Shown here piece after piece: positions 62,361 through 64,000 of a stretch of DNA of 64,000 bases (its first letter is position 1; each line of letters begins with the position of its first letter). The stretch is from Ginglymostoma cirratum. Lineage: Eukaryota. The notes under the pieces are model-generated. The model was not told the DNA's origin. It did not search any database and was given only the letters and a program-made list of their open reading frames with translations. The translations under genes were made by a program, and so were the position numbers. The stretch is taken from NCBI GenBank assembly GCA_024137785.1, contig JAHRHZ010000099.1, positions 1,255,262 through 1,319,261 on the forward strand. The letters run 5' to 3'.

Positions 62361-64000
62361 CGACGTACATCAATAAAATGAAGGAAGGTATCACCAGAAC
62401 TTTTAGATATCTTTGAGTTCTCCGCATTTTGATGTAGTTTCAAGTTTTTTTTCCCATTAGATGCTATTTTCCAAGATGATGAGAGAGGTAGACATGAAGA
62501 GATAAAGTCCCAGTTCTTCAAGCCATTCTCGTGACGGTTAACAGAAATTAAGGGTTGGAGCAAAGCCAAGGGACCAATTACTGGACTAGGCATAATTCTG
62601 AGTCTGTTTTTACAGAATCTCAAAATTAGACTTTGGGCTTTACTTACAACCTCAGGTTGAAATGCGTCGCCAGCCGTAGATACATAGGTGGCTCACCTGA
62701 GAAGAGGAGGTAAAATAGGTGCGGTTAGCTCAGTTGGCTGAGCAGACTGTGTGAATCAGATTGCTGCCCAATCCATCTCCCATGATGCCTGGGTGGATTT
62801 GGGATTCACCTCTTCGCCCTAGTGATATCGGAGATGGCTGCCTTGTATCTTGCCCTGTGAAAGATATCAGAGAGATGATTTAGAGCTGTTTCTGGCAACT
62901 GAGCAGCAGTCATGGTGCAGTGTTGCAGCAATCTCTATTCGCAGAAGCATGAAAACCTTCACGAACACTGTGCAAACTTTTTCACACGCTGGTACGTCCC
63001 TCTTCCCAAGACTTTCGGCACACCCAGCTTAATTTCCACTTAATGCACACTTCAATGTAAATAAAACATTGAGTTCCAGTACCAGAAAATGGCATTGCTA
63101 TACCTTTTGGTGGGATTATGCCATGTTTAATGCAAAAGAACGTGAGCTGATTGTAGAATTGGTACTGATGCAGCATTAGACCTTGTGCTAAAAAGGTGTG
63201 TTTTTTTTTGCATGAGCGTAATTCAAGAGGTATTTCCAGTTTAAGCAGACAATATGCTTGCATTTGGATTTATGACCAGCCTGTATCAACACTAGCGCTT
63301 TAAATTCTGTTTCAATAAAGACAGCATTAAAGTTGGAAAAATACACACTTTATTAATTGCCTATGCAATAGTCTGTTCTTACAATAGGAGCTGTTTACTT
63401 TGTCTCAACGTGTCTCATCTGGGTACAAATCATCATGACCGACCACATCCTTTGCTTGCAACACTGTCGTTCCTTTGGATTTATATCCGTTTCTAATTTT
63501 GGTCCGTTGACCTATCCAAATCTCCAAATGGGTCAGTTCAATGAGCTTCAGTGCCTTGACAATCTCATCATAGTTATAATAGACCACCTACACGTGGTCA
63601 TTTCCCGTTCTAAGCGAGAGATATCTCCAACTCTGTGCCAGTAATCGGTATAATACCTGTACCTTGACAAGGCTAAAGGAAATTTATTCCGTATAGCACA
63701 GAGACCATTGCCTAAGAAATTTGTTTTGGACTGGTGACGATCCACCGCCTCAGACTATGCCCCAATGTTTCTCAGTGTGTGTACCACTGTTCAGTTAAAA
63801 TTGCATTTTCCAAAGAGGTCAATATAAACCCTAGAGATAACTTCTTCCATTAGTAATCATCTGCCTTTGTCGTTATGGCCTCTACACTCCGATTTCTCTC
63901 ATAAAGCATTGAGCTCCATTAGCTGACATACACCACAACTGGCTATGTTTGCACACGATTAGAAATATGCAAGATATTGAAATACCTTGCAAAACAGATC

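Overview
Vertebrate genomic DNA, almost certainly from a cartilaginous fish (shark-like), with two assembly gaps (24356-24755 and 56197-56346). The main content is a tandem segmental duplication of an immunoglobulin light-chain cluster whose V and J are already joined in the germline (type II/lambda-like, no RSS). One copy looks intact on the + strand: octamer promoter, leader 52007-52055, VJ 52182-52529 and C 55410-55732, splicing to 239 aa. The paralog at 27482-28157 is a pseudogene. It has a dead splice donor, a frameshifted J and a 3.8-kb CR1 LINE in the J-C intron, and its whole C exon is deleted and replaced by a perfect 38-bp-arm hairpin. Reshuffled upstream flanks suggest remnants of a third cluster. 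The rest is retroelement-rich. It includes Penelope-like elements and many solo pseudo-LTRs carrying hammerhead-ribozyme cores, and a 4.3-kb LTR element with a tRNA-Ser PBS and a decayed env-like remnant but no recognisable gag/pol. There is also a Gypsy element with Gmr1-type IN-RT-RH order, plus CR1, Rex1 and RTE LINE fragments and a V-SINE. Everything was read by eye; family assignments were not database-checked.
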